A stretch of DNA of 64,000 nt. Origin: an uncultured bacterium (GTDB lineage Bacteria > Verrucomicrobiota > Verrucomicrobiia > Limisphaerales > UBA8199). A program made the translations under genes and the position numbers. Position 1 is the first letter of the stretch. Each line of letters opens with the position of its first letter. This document shows positions 31,281-40,677 of this stretch, piece after piece. A model generated the notes under the pieces. The model saw only the letters and a list, made by a program, of their open reading frames with translations. It ran no database searches and had not been told where the DNA came from. The stretch is taken from the NCBI GenBank assembly GCA_963749495.1, contig CAVVMW010000010.1, positions 224,001 to 288,000 of the forward strand, given 5' to 3'.

Positions 31281-32609
31281 ATGAGCAATGACATTAGTGC
31301 GACACTCACGCGGCGTCGGTTTCTGACACGGGGAGCGATGGCGGCAAGCGCAGTGGCGTTGCCGTGTTTTATCCCGGCCTCGGCGCTGGGTCGCGGAGGA
31401 ACTGTTGCGCCCAGCGAACGCATCGTGATGGGCGGCATTGGACTCGGCGGCCGCGGTTCCTACGATTTGGGTTCGATGTTGGCCGAGCCGGATGTGCAGT
31501 GGGTCGCCGTCTGTGATGTGCTGAAAAGCCGGCGCGAAGCGGCCAAAAACGTCGTCGATGGCAAATACGGCAATAAAGATTGCGCTGTGTATGGCGATCT
31601 GCGCCAGCTCCTGGCCGAGCGGACGGATGTGGATGCCGTGTTGATTGCCACCGGCGACCGCTGGCATGCGCTGGCTTCGATTATGGCGATGCGGGCGGGC
31701 AAGGATGTCTATTGTGAAAAACCGGCCTGTCTCACGATGGCGCAGGGGCGGATGGTCGTAGAGACCGCTCGCCGGTATGGAAGGGTTTATCAAACGGGCG
31801 CCCAGCGTCTGAGCGAGCCGAATCATGTGTTTGCCATCGAAATGGCCCGATCCGGCCGGTTGGGCCAAATTCACACCGCTTACGCCGACATCCGGTGGCG
31901 CGACGGGATGCGGCACGACTGGTTGCCGGCAGAACCCGAACCTTCCAGGGATGAACTGGATTGGGATGTTTGGCTCGGTCCCTGTCCCTGGCGGCCCTAC
32001 AACGGCGGTTATGTGAATGGCGGAGGGTGGTACCACTATTATGATTTCGCTACCGATGTCGCGATGTGGGGCGCGCACTCGGTTGCCCAGGCCCTGGCCG
32101 GACTCGACATGGAAAACGTTTTCTTCATCGAGTTCGAGTATGAGGGGCCGGACGCGACGATGGTGACGCGTTTGTCCAGCGGGGTGAAGCTGGTTCTGTT
32201 CCGAGTCAGCGGCTCGGTTTGGGAACCGTGCCAGTTCTGGCATGGCGCTTGCGGTGAGCGGTTCGATGGTCCCGAAGGATGGGCCGCCGCCGCCGACGGT
32301 TATTCGAAACCCGATGTCTCATCGCCGTCGCTCTTGCTCGAATACAAGAAGGTGCTGGCGGAATATACGGGCCGGACGCAACGGCAGTTGAACCACGTGC
32401 GGGATTTCTTTGACTGCATCCGGTCGCGCCGGCTCACGGTGGCCAATCCTGAAGTCATGTATCGGTCCATGAACATCTGCTTGGCTGCCGACATTTGCGA
32501 GCAATTGAAGCGAAACCTGAAGTTCGATCTGCGCAAGGCTGAGTTTGTCGGTGATCCCGAAGCCAACCGGCTGCGGTCTCGCGCGATGCGCGCGCCATTC
32601 ACGGTCTAA
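31281..32609 (+). CDS. Tat-exported Gfo/Idh/MocA oxidoreductase
   Basis: TRRRFL, GIGLGGRG, ATGDRWH, DVYCEKP and LDWDVWLGP. Confidence 0.92.
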   Translation: MSNDISATLTRRRFLTRGAMAASAVALPCFIPASALGRGGTVAPSERIVMGGIGLGGRGSYDLGSMLAEPDVQWVAVCDVLKSRREAAKNVVDGKYGNKDCAVYGDLRQLLAERTDVDAVLIATGDRWHALASIMAMRAGKDVYCEKPACLTMAQGRMVVETARRYGRVYQTGAQRLSEPNHVFAIEMARSGRLGQIHTAYADIRWRDGMRHDWLPAEPEPSRDELDWDVWLGPCPWRPYNGGYVNGGGWYHYYDFATDVAMWGAHSVAQALAGLDMENVFFIEFEYEGPDATMVTRLSSGVKLVLFRVSGSVWEPCQFWHGACGERFDGPEGWAAAADGYSKPDVSSPSLLLEYKKVLAEYTGRTQRQLNHVRDFFDCIRSRRLTVANPEVMYRSMNICLAADICEQLKRNLKFDLRKAEFVGDPEANRLRSRAMRAPFTV

Positions 32610-32633
32610 TTCAACTACTGAGGACCCCCTACC

Positions 32634-34528
32634 ATGAAACAACTCTTCTTCGCCGTTCTCCTGCTCGCCGGCACTGCATTCGCCCAGGAAGACAAATTCA
32701 TCGCCATCCTCAAGTCGGACGCGCCGCCGAAGGAAAAAGCCGATGCCTGCCGGGAGTTGGCGCGCGTCGGCACCAAGCAAGCCGTGCCGGCGCTTGCGCC
32801 GCTGCTCGCTGATGAAACACTCTCGCACATGGCTCGGTTCGCGCTCGAACCGATCACCGATCCATCCGTTGACGCGGCGTTGCGCGAAGCGCTCGGCAAA
32901 CTCAAAGGCCGGTTGCTCATCGGCGTCATCGGCAGTCTCGGCGTCCGCAAGGACACGGAGGCCATCGAGCCGCTCGCCAAATTCCTGGCCGAGACCGATC
33001 CCGCCGTGGCGCAGGCAGCGGCGCGAGCGCTGGGCAGCATCGGCGGCGCGGCGGTGCAGGCGCTGGAGGGCGCCTTATCCACCGCTTCACCGGCCAGCCG
33101 GCTTGCCGTCTGCGAAGGATTGTTCCGATGCGCTGAGGCGATGTCAAATGGCGCCGCATTTTTAATCTACGACAAAGTCCGAACGCTGCCGAACCTGCCG
33201 CAGCAGGCGCGCGTCGCTGCATTGCGGGGCGCGATCCGGAGCGCCTGGCGGCAAAGGTGTGCCGCTGATGACCGAGGCAATCCGGACCGAATCTGTACGT
33301 GCCGGCGGCCGACGCGATACGGATTTCGATGGAGATGCCGGGCGCTGTTGTGACCCGGGCACTGGTCTGGGAACTCGAGCAAGCGAGCGAGGAAAAGCAG
33401 CTTTTGCTGCTGCAAGCGCTTGGCTATCGGGGCGACGCTACCGCGGCACCCGCGCTGGTGCCCCTGGCGCAGAACGGTTCCGCCACCCGGCGCATCGCGG
33501 CGATCCGCAGCCTGGTGCAGCTCGCCAACCCATCGTCGCTCCCGGTGCTGGCCGCGTTGGCTAAAGATCCCGAGGCGACCGTGTCGAGCGCGGCGCTGGC
33601 CGGGCTGATCGGTTTCCCCGGCAAGGAGGCGGACGTGGCGGTGGTGGCGTTGTTGAGCGGATCGGATGCGAAAATCCGCATCGCGGTCATCGAAGCGGTT
33701 GGCCAGCGCCGCATCACGACGGCGGTCCCGGCGTTGCTGGAAGCTGCAGGTGACGCGGATGCCGGTGTGGCGAGCGCCAGTTTCAAGGTGCTCGGCGAAC
33801 TCGCCGGTGTGGCGGAAATCCCCGGCGTGGTTGACGCCATGTTTCAGGCCAAGGCCATAGCGGCGGCCGAGACTGCGTTATCGGCGATCTGTGCCCGGCA
33901 ACCGGACACGACAATTTGCACTGACAAGCTGCTGCCAAGCCTGGCGAAGGCGCAGGGCGAACCGAAACTCGCGTTGCTGCGTGTCCTGGGCACGGTTGGC
34001 GGCCCTAAGGCGTTGGGCGCGGTGCGCGCGGCAGCGGCCGATTCCGACCAGTCAGTCAAGGAAACGGTGCTGCGGGCTCTCTGCGACTGGCCCACAGTCG
34101 ATGCGTTGCCCGACCTGGCGCAGATCGTCAGGACGAATGTGGACACGAAGTTCAAACTCCTCGCGCTACGCGGCCAACTCCGCTTGATCCCGATGCAGAC
34201 GGTGGCCGACGCTCAGAAACTGTCGCAGTTGAAGCACATACTGCCCTTGCTCGAGCACAAGGAGGAACAGCGCCTCGCGCTGGTCACCCTGGGCGACCTT
34301 CCCAGCGCGGAGTCACTTGCGCTGATCTTGCCGTACTTGACCGGCGAAGGATTAAAGGAGGAAGCGAGCGTCGCGGCCGTGGCAATTGCCGAAAAAATCG
34401 TTGCCAGCCACCCGGCAGAAGTCGCCGAGGCGATGAAGCTGGTCCAGACGAACAACAGCCAACTGGCCGGGCGCGCCCGGCAATTGTCGGCGCGTGCCAA
34501 ATCAGGAACATCCGCCTCAAAGAACTGA
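32634..34528 (+). CDS. HEAT-repeat protein (frameshifted around 33245-33300)
   Basis: Signal peptide and repeated AVPALAPLL / AARALGSIGG helical repeats in two frames. ALRALCDWP-type motif. Confidence 0.8.
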
Positions 34529-34592
34529 AGTGATGCGGTGCAAGGTTAGGTAATTGGCGTCATGATGATAATCAGCAATCGTTCGCCCGGCC

Positions 34593-36507
34593 ATGAACAC
34601 CACTTGCCAACTCCTCATCGGAATCGGCCTCCTAACCGCAGCCAGCCGGAGTTCCGCGGGGGCGCCCAGGATCACCACCGACCAGGACACCGTGCGGTTA
34701 GTCTCTGAGCATCTCGATGTCAGGGTGTCCCTCCGACAACCGGCGTTGGTGTCGTTGGGGGTGGACAGCCTGGGACTCAACGAGTGGGGCGCAAATTCCC
34801 TGCGCCCGCCGGCGCCCGTCTCCGCGCCCTTCCATGTGCGATGCGAAACAAACCCCGCGTTACGCCTCGAGTACAGCCACTCTGACCAGACCGCCGCCCA
34901 TCCGGGCGGATGGCGAATCGAGGTTGCAGAGCGGAGCATACGTCTGCTCTCCCGCTGGAGCGAAGCCGAAAAGCCGGAGGGCCTGGTGCTGGAATTTGAC
35001 CCGCACCGGTGTCACGTCACCCTGCTGGGCCTGTTCAACGAAGACGGCTCCATCCGCCTGCCCGCCGTTCTGCACTTCCCCGAACCAGGGGTCTTTCCGG
35101 GTTACGGCAGATGGAGGTGCGGACCTGGCGCTGGGCTACGACGCGCGCCGGGCGGGTGAAGGCTACATCAAAGTGACCTTTCCGCCGGCAACTCCGGCCC
35201 GCCCTCGAATCGAGTACCGATGGGAGGTAGCCGCCATCCATCCAAAGCTGTCGGATTTGGAGGGAGACCGGCGCCTCGACGGGTTCCGGCGAAACTGGCT
35301 GAACGTGTTGCAGGTGAATCCGCGGCTGCGGGTGCTGGCCAACCATGCGGCGAGCGACACGTGCGCTTTCTGCCTTTACGAATATGCCGACATCGCGCGC
35401 CATAGCCCGTTGCTGGTGGGGAATCTTGGCGCCCTGGACCTGGTTCGGCAGTCCTTGGATCGTTACCTGGATGGGTTGGCGGGTTACGGTCTGCCGGGCA
35501 ATATCGCGTTCGATACAGGCGGCGCCCAACCCACGCGTGATCCGCCTTACCTGGACAGCTATCCGTCGTTGTTGATTGCCGCCGCCGACTATGTCGCCGG
35601 CAGCCGCAACCAGGTCTGGCTCCAGAGACAATACCCTCGCCTCAAGGACTGGGGCGACAAGCTGCTGGCCATGGGTGCCGACGGCAACGGCCTCTTCAAA
35701 TATCCCTACAGTGGCAACTCCGGTTCCTGGTCCGGCAAGGGCGACAAACGCCCGTCCAATTGGTGGGATACAATCGGCTTCGGCCATGAGGACGCCTACG
35801 CCAATGCCCTGGCCCACCGCGCCCTCCGGGGCCTCGAGGAGCTGTCCGCCAAACTGGGCAAAACCAACGACGTCGCTCGCTGGCGCGCGGCGGCCGACAA
35901 ATTGCGCGCCGCCTATTTCAAGGCCTTCTACAACCCGGCCACCGGTGTCCTGGCCGGCTGGCGAAGCGCGGACGGCCAACTCCACGACTATTACTTTCTC
36001 TTTGTAAACGGCATCGCCATTCACTACGGGCTGGTGGCCGAAGAAAAGGCAAATGCCATCATGGATCGGCTCCTGGAGAAAATGAAAGCCGTCGGCTATA
36101 CCCGCTTTGATCTGGGACTGCCCGGCAACTTGATCCCGGTCGCCCGGAAAGACTACGCGCATCTGGAGCGCCGGTGGGGCGGCGGCGAAAAGGAGGACAA
36201 CTCCGACGGGTTCCAGATCTACGAGAACGGGGGCGCCACCGCCTGCTTCGCCTACTTCACCCTGGCGGCGTTGTATGATCTGGGCCGTCGGGAGCAGGCT
36301 GATCGCCTCCTTTTTCCCATGCTCGAGGCCTTTGCGAAAGGCGCCTTTCAGGGCCAGGCGGCCAATGGCCGGAGCAACGACTGGAAGGCCTGGGACGGAA
36401 CGCCCTGGGGTTACGAAGGCTTCCTGGTGGACAACTATTACGCGCTGCTGGCGGTGCTCACCCGGGAGGGCCTGGACCAGACCGGGGCATCACCCGCGCG
36501 GCACTGA
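34593..36507 (+). CDS. Six-hairpin (alpha/alpha)6 glycosidase-like protein (frameshift near 35085)
   Basis: NWWDTIGFGHEDAYANAL, AADKLRAAYFKAFYN and YENGG. Signal peptide in the first frame. Confidence 0.7.
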
Positions 36508-36630
36508 CCAAGCGATTTTAGCAAACCCTATTCCTTCACGACCTTGATCTCGCCCCAGAGTTGGGGTGTCAGGAACAGCGTCGTGCCCGCGAGGGCAAGG
36601 AACATACGCCGTGCCATGACCAATCTCATC

Positions 36631-37731
36631 CTACTGGGTTGGTCCGCCCGCGCGGCTGGGCGCGGAGCGTTCGCTGAAGGGTTGTAGCGTGAAGGTCTGA
36701 TGCGGCTCCTCCTGGTACCAGAAGGCCACGCTTGTGTAGTCATCGGCGTCGCTCGTGGTCGGCGTGCCGTTGTTGTGCTGGTTCTGGATTTGGACTCTGA
36801 GCGACTGTTGGAAACGCACCGGGTTGGCCAAGTACCAGCGATACATCCGATGGTCGCCCTTTTCCATCTGCAGGTAGCCGCTGTAAAGATACGAATAGGT
36901 GTGTTCGAAACCCCAGCACGAGCCGTACTCGTCTTCGGTGCCCGGGGTGTGGGCCATCGGCTGGCCGTCGAGCTCAAAGATCGTGTCCCCTTCGCCCCAC
37001 CAGCCGCGAAATTGGGTGTGGACTTGGAGAAAACCCCCGACGTAATGACCGCGCCCTCGCGCATCCAGGAGCGTGTGCAGACCGTTCTTGACCGGGTTGC
37101 TCCTGTGCCACGCGCAGTGCAACCGGCTTTTCTCTTGTGCGAAAGCCGCGCCCGCCTCGTAATCGATGCCGTAGGCCACACTTTGCGAGTAGTCCCGGTC
37201 GCCGTCATTCGCCAAAACGAACCGGGCTCGCCGCGAAAAGGGCATGGGCAGATAACACATGTAGCAGGCGTGGTTGATCTGCATGGGCGCGGACTGATAA
37301 TCGATGGTCTTGCCGCCCATGGCACCGAAGAAGTCCGAAAGCGGCGCTTGGATGCTGGGTTCCGTTTCATCATCCCAGAACACCTTGAGCACCAGCCCGG
37401 GAAACCACCGCACCTGGGTGTCGTCGGTGATATAAAAGTAGGTCACTTTGCCGGGGCCTTTCAGGTCGGCCAGCGGGGCTTCCTGGCCCTTGGCCAAGGA
37501 CATCTGGTGATACTCCATGTGGGTGCGAGAGACGCCATCCTTGACCAGATACAAGTCCTGCAACGATTGGGCCTGGCTCAACCGTGGCCCGCCGAGGAAC
37601 ACTGCCGCGAGGACGGGTGCAAAAGGGGCTATCCGATAGCGGAGACGACAAAAGCCCGGACGAGGCCCCGTCCGTGGAGGCCGAGAGGGTTCGAGGGTGT
37701 CAAAATCGCATCGCGCGGGCATGTATTTCAT
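36631..37731 (-). CDS. DUF2961 / GH172 family protein
   Basis: LKVFWDDETEPS, YLPMPF, GRGHYVG, WWGEGD, GTEDEY and SVAFWYQ. Confidence 0.88.
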   Translation of the reverse strand: MKYMPARCDFDTLEPSRPPRTGPRPGFCRLRYRIAPFAPVLAAVFLGGPRLSQAQSLQDLYLVKDGVSRTHMEYHQMSLAKGQEAPLADLKGPGKVTYFYITDDTQVRWFPGLVLKVFWDDETEPSIQAPLSDFFGAMGGKTIDYQSAPMQINHACYMCYLPMPFSRRARFVLANDGDRDYSQSVAYGIDYEAGAAFAQEKSRLHCAWHRSNPVKNGLHTLLDARGRGHYVGGFLQVHTQFRGWWGEGDTIFELDGQPMAHTPGTEDEYGSCWGFEHTYSYLYSGYLQMEKGDHRMYRWYLANPVRFQQSLRVQIQNQHNNGTPTTSDADDYTSVAFWYQEEPHQTFTLQPFSERSAPSRAGGPTQ

Positions 37732-37833
37732 TTCGAAAGTTCGACGGATGGACAATGACCGTTCTTCAAAATAGCGAACCGAATTTTCCGGAAACTGAAT
37801 CAGTCTGCCGCCCTCGCCGTCAGAACATCTGTT

Positions 37834-38088
37834 ATGGGAAAGCCAATTCTCTTTCTGCTCGCATTGCTGTCTGCCGTTGCGGCGCCTGCCGCCGCGGAAC
37901 TCGCCGTGGATTTCTCCAAAACGAACGGCCTCATCCGCCCGCTGCACGGCGTGAACCTGGGACCGCTATGTTATCGCGGCATGGTGGACCTGTCCGCCTA
38001 TCACCGCGAGCTGCGCCTGCCCCTCAGGCGCCTGCACGATGTCGTGTGCGTGAATTGCGATGCCGTGGACATCAGCACGATCTTTTGA
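37834..38088 (+). pseudogene. N-terminal stub of a GH39-like glycoside hydrolase
   Basis: Signal peptide, VDFSKTNGLIRPLHGVN...RLHD...VDISTIF, then a stop. Confidence 0.6.
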
Positions 38089-38164
38089 GTTGGCCTGTTC
38101 AAACGGCGCGAAGCGTGCAAGAATCTTCTGGTGAGGACGCGTTCCACAACGTTCCACAATTTGC

Positions 38165-40543
38165 ATGAGCGTAAAGCCTTTAGAACGGATTCCGCCGGCC
38201 CTCCGCGGGTGCGCCTGCTGGCCTGGCGGCCTATGGCCGGGTTTTGCGGCGGTGGCCATCGTGCCGGCGCTGTTGTTCCTGGCTTCAGGCAGGCTCACGA
38301 CGGGCGGGGAGATCTCCCTTCAGAATGATTCCTGCGCCGTGGCTTTTGATCCTGCCACCCTGGCCGTGACGTTGCGAAGGGGCGAGCAGCCTGCAATCCT
38401 GGCGTCCGCTCCCCAGACCGACCTGGGGAACGTGGCGGGCTTGGAAAGAAGCGCCACCCAAGCCCGGTGGTCGCTGCCCGAGCGAAAGGTGTCCGTGACA
38501 TTCGAGTTGGAGGGCAACCGTTTGCTGGCCCATGTCCTGGCCGGGGAACCGGGCGAGTTCACTTTCCCGGTTATCCCCGAGACGGCTTCGGCGAAGGGCT
38601 GGATTCTGCCATTCTTTGAAGGGGTATATGCCCCGTGTGGCGATGCCAGGTGGGCGTCCCACCTCACCAATTGCGGAAAGCTGAACACGACGGCCGATTT
38701 GACCCTGCCCTTCCTGGGGCTGGATTACGGCAGTTCGACGCTGACTTGCATCCTGACCAATCCGTTCAACAACCAACTGGAGTTTCGGCGAGCGCCGGAC
38801 AAGGCGTTGCATGCGCGGTTGACCCACCAGTTCACCCGCAATCATCCCGTGAAGGAATACGAGGTGGTCTTCGAGGTGGGAACAAACTCACTGGTCGAAC
38901 CCGCCCGCTTATACCGGCAGTGGCTCATCCAGCGGGGCGAATTTGTCAGCTTCAAGGACAAGATCCGGAAGACGCCCGAGGCCGAGAAACTCCTGGGCGC
39001 CGCGCACGCCTATCTTTGGGGCCGCGAACTGCTGGCCCAGGCGGATGGGACTGACTGGAAGAAGTTTGCCCGGGAACTCAAGGCCCGGGGCGAAGCGCTC
39101 GCGGCGTCACCCGCCAGGCGGGTTTGGTCCTTAATGAAGCCGGAGGCCAGGGACTTTGTGACCAAACTCATTCAAACCGAATGGCCGGACAGTTACATGG
39201 AGTCCCAAATCGCCGCGGACCTCAACCGTTTGCTCAAGCAGCGTGACCTTTATGACGAAGCGGCCTGGCGTGGCGTCGCGCTGGACCCGGTGAGCGCTGC
39301 CTTGTTGAAATCCGACCAGAGCAAGTTGAGCCAAGCGGAGTTGTGCCGGCTGAACTCGCACTTGCTGGCAGCCGCATTTCCAAACCTCGTGGCAAGGCCG
39401 GAGACGTGGGGCAACGGGACCTCGCCTAAGATGATCCAGCAGCTTGCGGCAGCGGGCTTCGACCGCCTTTGGCTCGGCAGTGATGGTTGGGATGGCTTCA
39501 TCGACCGCCCGGAAACCGTTGCCGCGGCGAAAAAGGCGGGCTTCCTCATCGGCCCTTACGATTCGTATCATACCATTCATCGTCCGAACGAGCCGGATAC
39601 CTGGGAGACCGCGCAGTTCGACCCGGCGCTCTGTGAAACCGGGGCCATCGTCAATGCCGACGGCGGCAAATCGCGCGGATTCAAGCAAAAAGGCTTCCAT
39701 CTGAGCCCCGACGCAGCGCGGCCCTTCGTGGAGAAACGCGTGTCGGGTTTAATGGCGGCCTTCCATGCCAACTCATGGTTCATCGACTGCGACGGGTTCG
39801 GGGAGTACTTTGACGATTACTCGGACAAGCATCCGGCGACGCAGCAATCCGACATGCAGTCCCGCATCTCGCGCATGGCGTGGATTCGCGACACGTTTGG
39901 CGCGGTGATCGGCACCGAAGGCTGCTCTGCCGGCGTGGCCGGGGCCATTCATTTTGCCCATGGCGTCATGACGCCTGTCATTGGCTGGGGCGACCCCGAC
40001 ATGAACAACAAGCAATCGAAGTATTATCTCGGGGCCTATTACCCTCCCGAGGAGCCCCAGGTCTTTTTCAAGCCCGTGCCGCTCAAAGAGGAATACCGCT
40101 ACATTTACTTCGAGCCGCGGTTCAGACTGCCGCTCTTTCAGACGGTATTCCATGACTCGGTAATCGCCACGCACCATTGGTCATTTGCCAGCATGAAGGC
40201 CAGGGACCAGGCCAAGACCGTGGAACTGCTGGAGCTGCTCTATCAGGTTCCGCCGCTCTACCACTTGAACGTGCGGGAGTTTCAAAAACGCAAGGCGCAA
40301 CTCAAAAGGCATTACGAGTTTTTCTCGCCGCTGCACCGGGAGACCGCGTTGTTGCCGATGACTAGCTTCCGATGGCTGACTCCCGACGGCACGGTCCAGC
40401 GCACCACCTTTGGCGAGAAGATCGAAGTGGTCGCCAACTTCGGCTCCAGTGACTTCCGTTACGGCGACACGACGCTCCGGAAGGAGAGCATTTTGGTCCG
40501 GAGGCGTGGCAGCGTGAAGACAGAGGCGTATGTCCCCCGATAA
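38165..40543 (+). CDS. GH129-like (GHL1-3) glycoside hydrolase
   Basis: GFLIGPYDSYHTIH, NSWFIDCD, VIGTEG and RLPLFQTVFHDSVI. Confidence 0.7.
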   Translation: MSVKPLERIPPALRGCACWPGGLWPGFAAVAIVPALLFLASGRLTTGGEISLQNDSCAVAFDPATLAVTLRRGEQPAILASAPQTDLGNVAGLERSATQARWSLPERKVSVTFELEGNRLLAHVLAGEPGEFTFPVIPETASAKGWILPFFEGVYAPCGDARWASHLTNCGKLNTTADLTLPFLGLDYGSSTLTCILTNPFNNQLEFRRAPDKALHARLTHQFTRNHPVKEYEVVFEVGTNSLVEPARLYRQWLIQRGEFVSFKDKIRKTPEAEKLLGAAHAYLWGRELLAQADGTDWKKFARELKARGEALAASPARRVWSLMKPEARDFVTKLIQTEWPDSYMESQIAADLNRLLKQRDLYDEAAWRGVALDPVSAALLKSDQSKLSQAELCRLNSHLLAAAFPNLVARPETWGNGTSPKMIQQLAAAGFDRLWLGSDGWDGFIDRPETVAAAKKAGFLIGPYDSYHTIHRPNEPDTWETAQFDPALCETGAIVNADGGKSRGFKQKGFHLSPDAARPFVEKRVSGLMAAFHANSWFIDCDGFGEYFDDYSDKHPATQQSDMQSRISRMAWIRDTFGAVIGTEGCSAGVAGAIHFAHGVMTPVIGWGDPDMNNKQSKYYLGAYYPPEEPQVFFKPVPLKEEYRYIYFEPRFRLPLFQTVFHDSVIATHHWSFASMKARDQAKTVELLELLYQVPPLYHLNVREFQKRKAQLKRHYEFFSPLHRETALLPMTSFRWLTPDGTVQRTTFGEKIEVVANFGSSDFRYGDTTLRKESILVRRRGSVKTEAYVPR

Positions 40544-40677
40544 GAAGTAGATTCGCTACTGTGGCCTCCAGATCCTTCGGACCGGGCTGAAGTCCCTTGA
40601 TGTCCACCACCCGGCTCGCTGCGAGGCATGGCCCGACGAACACATGGGTGCGGCTCTCAGCCTCACAGAAAGGCTCA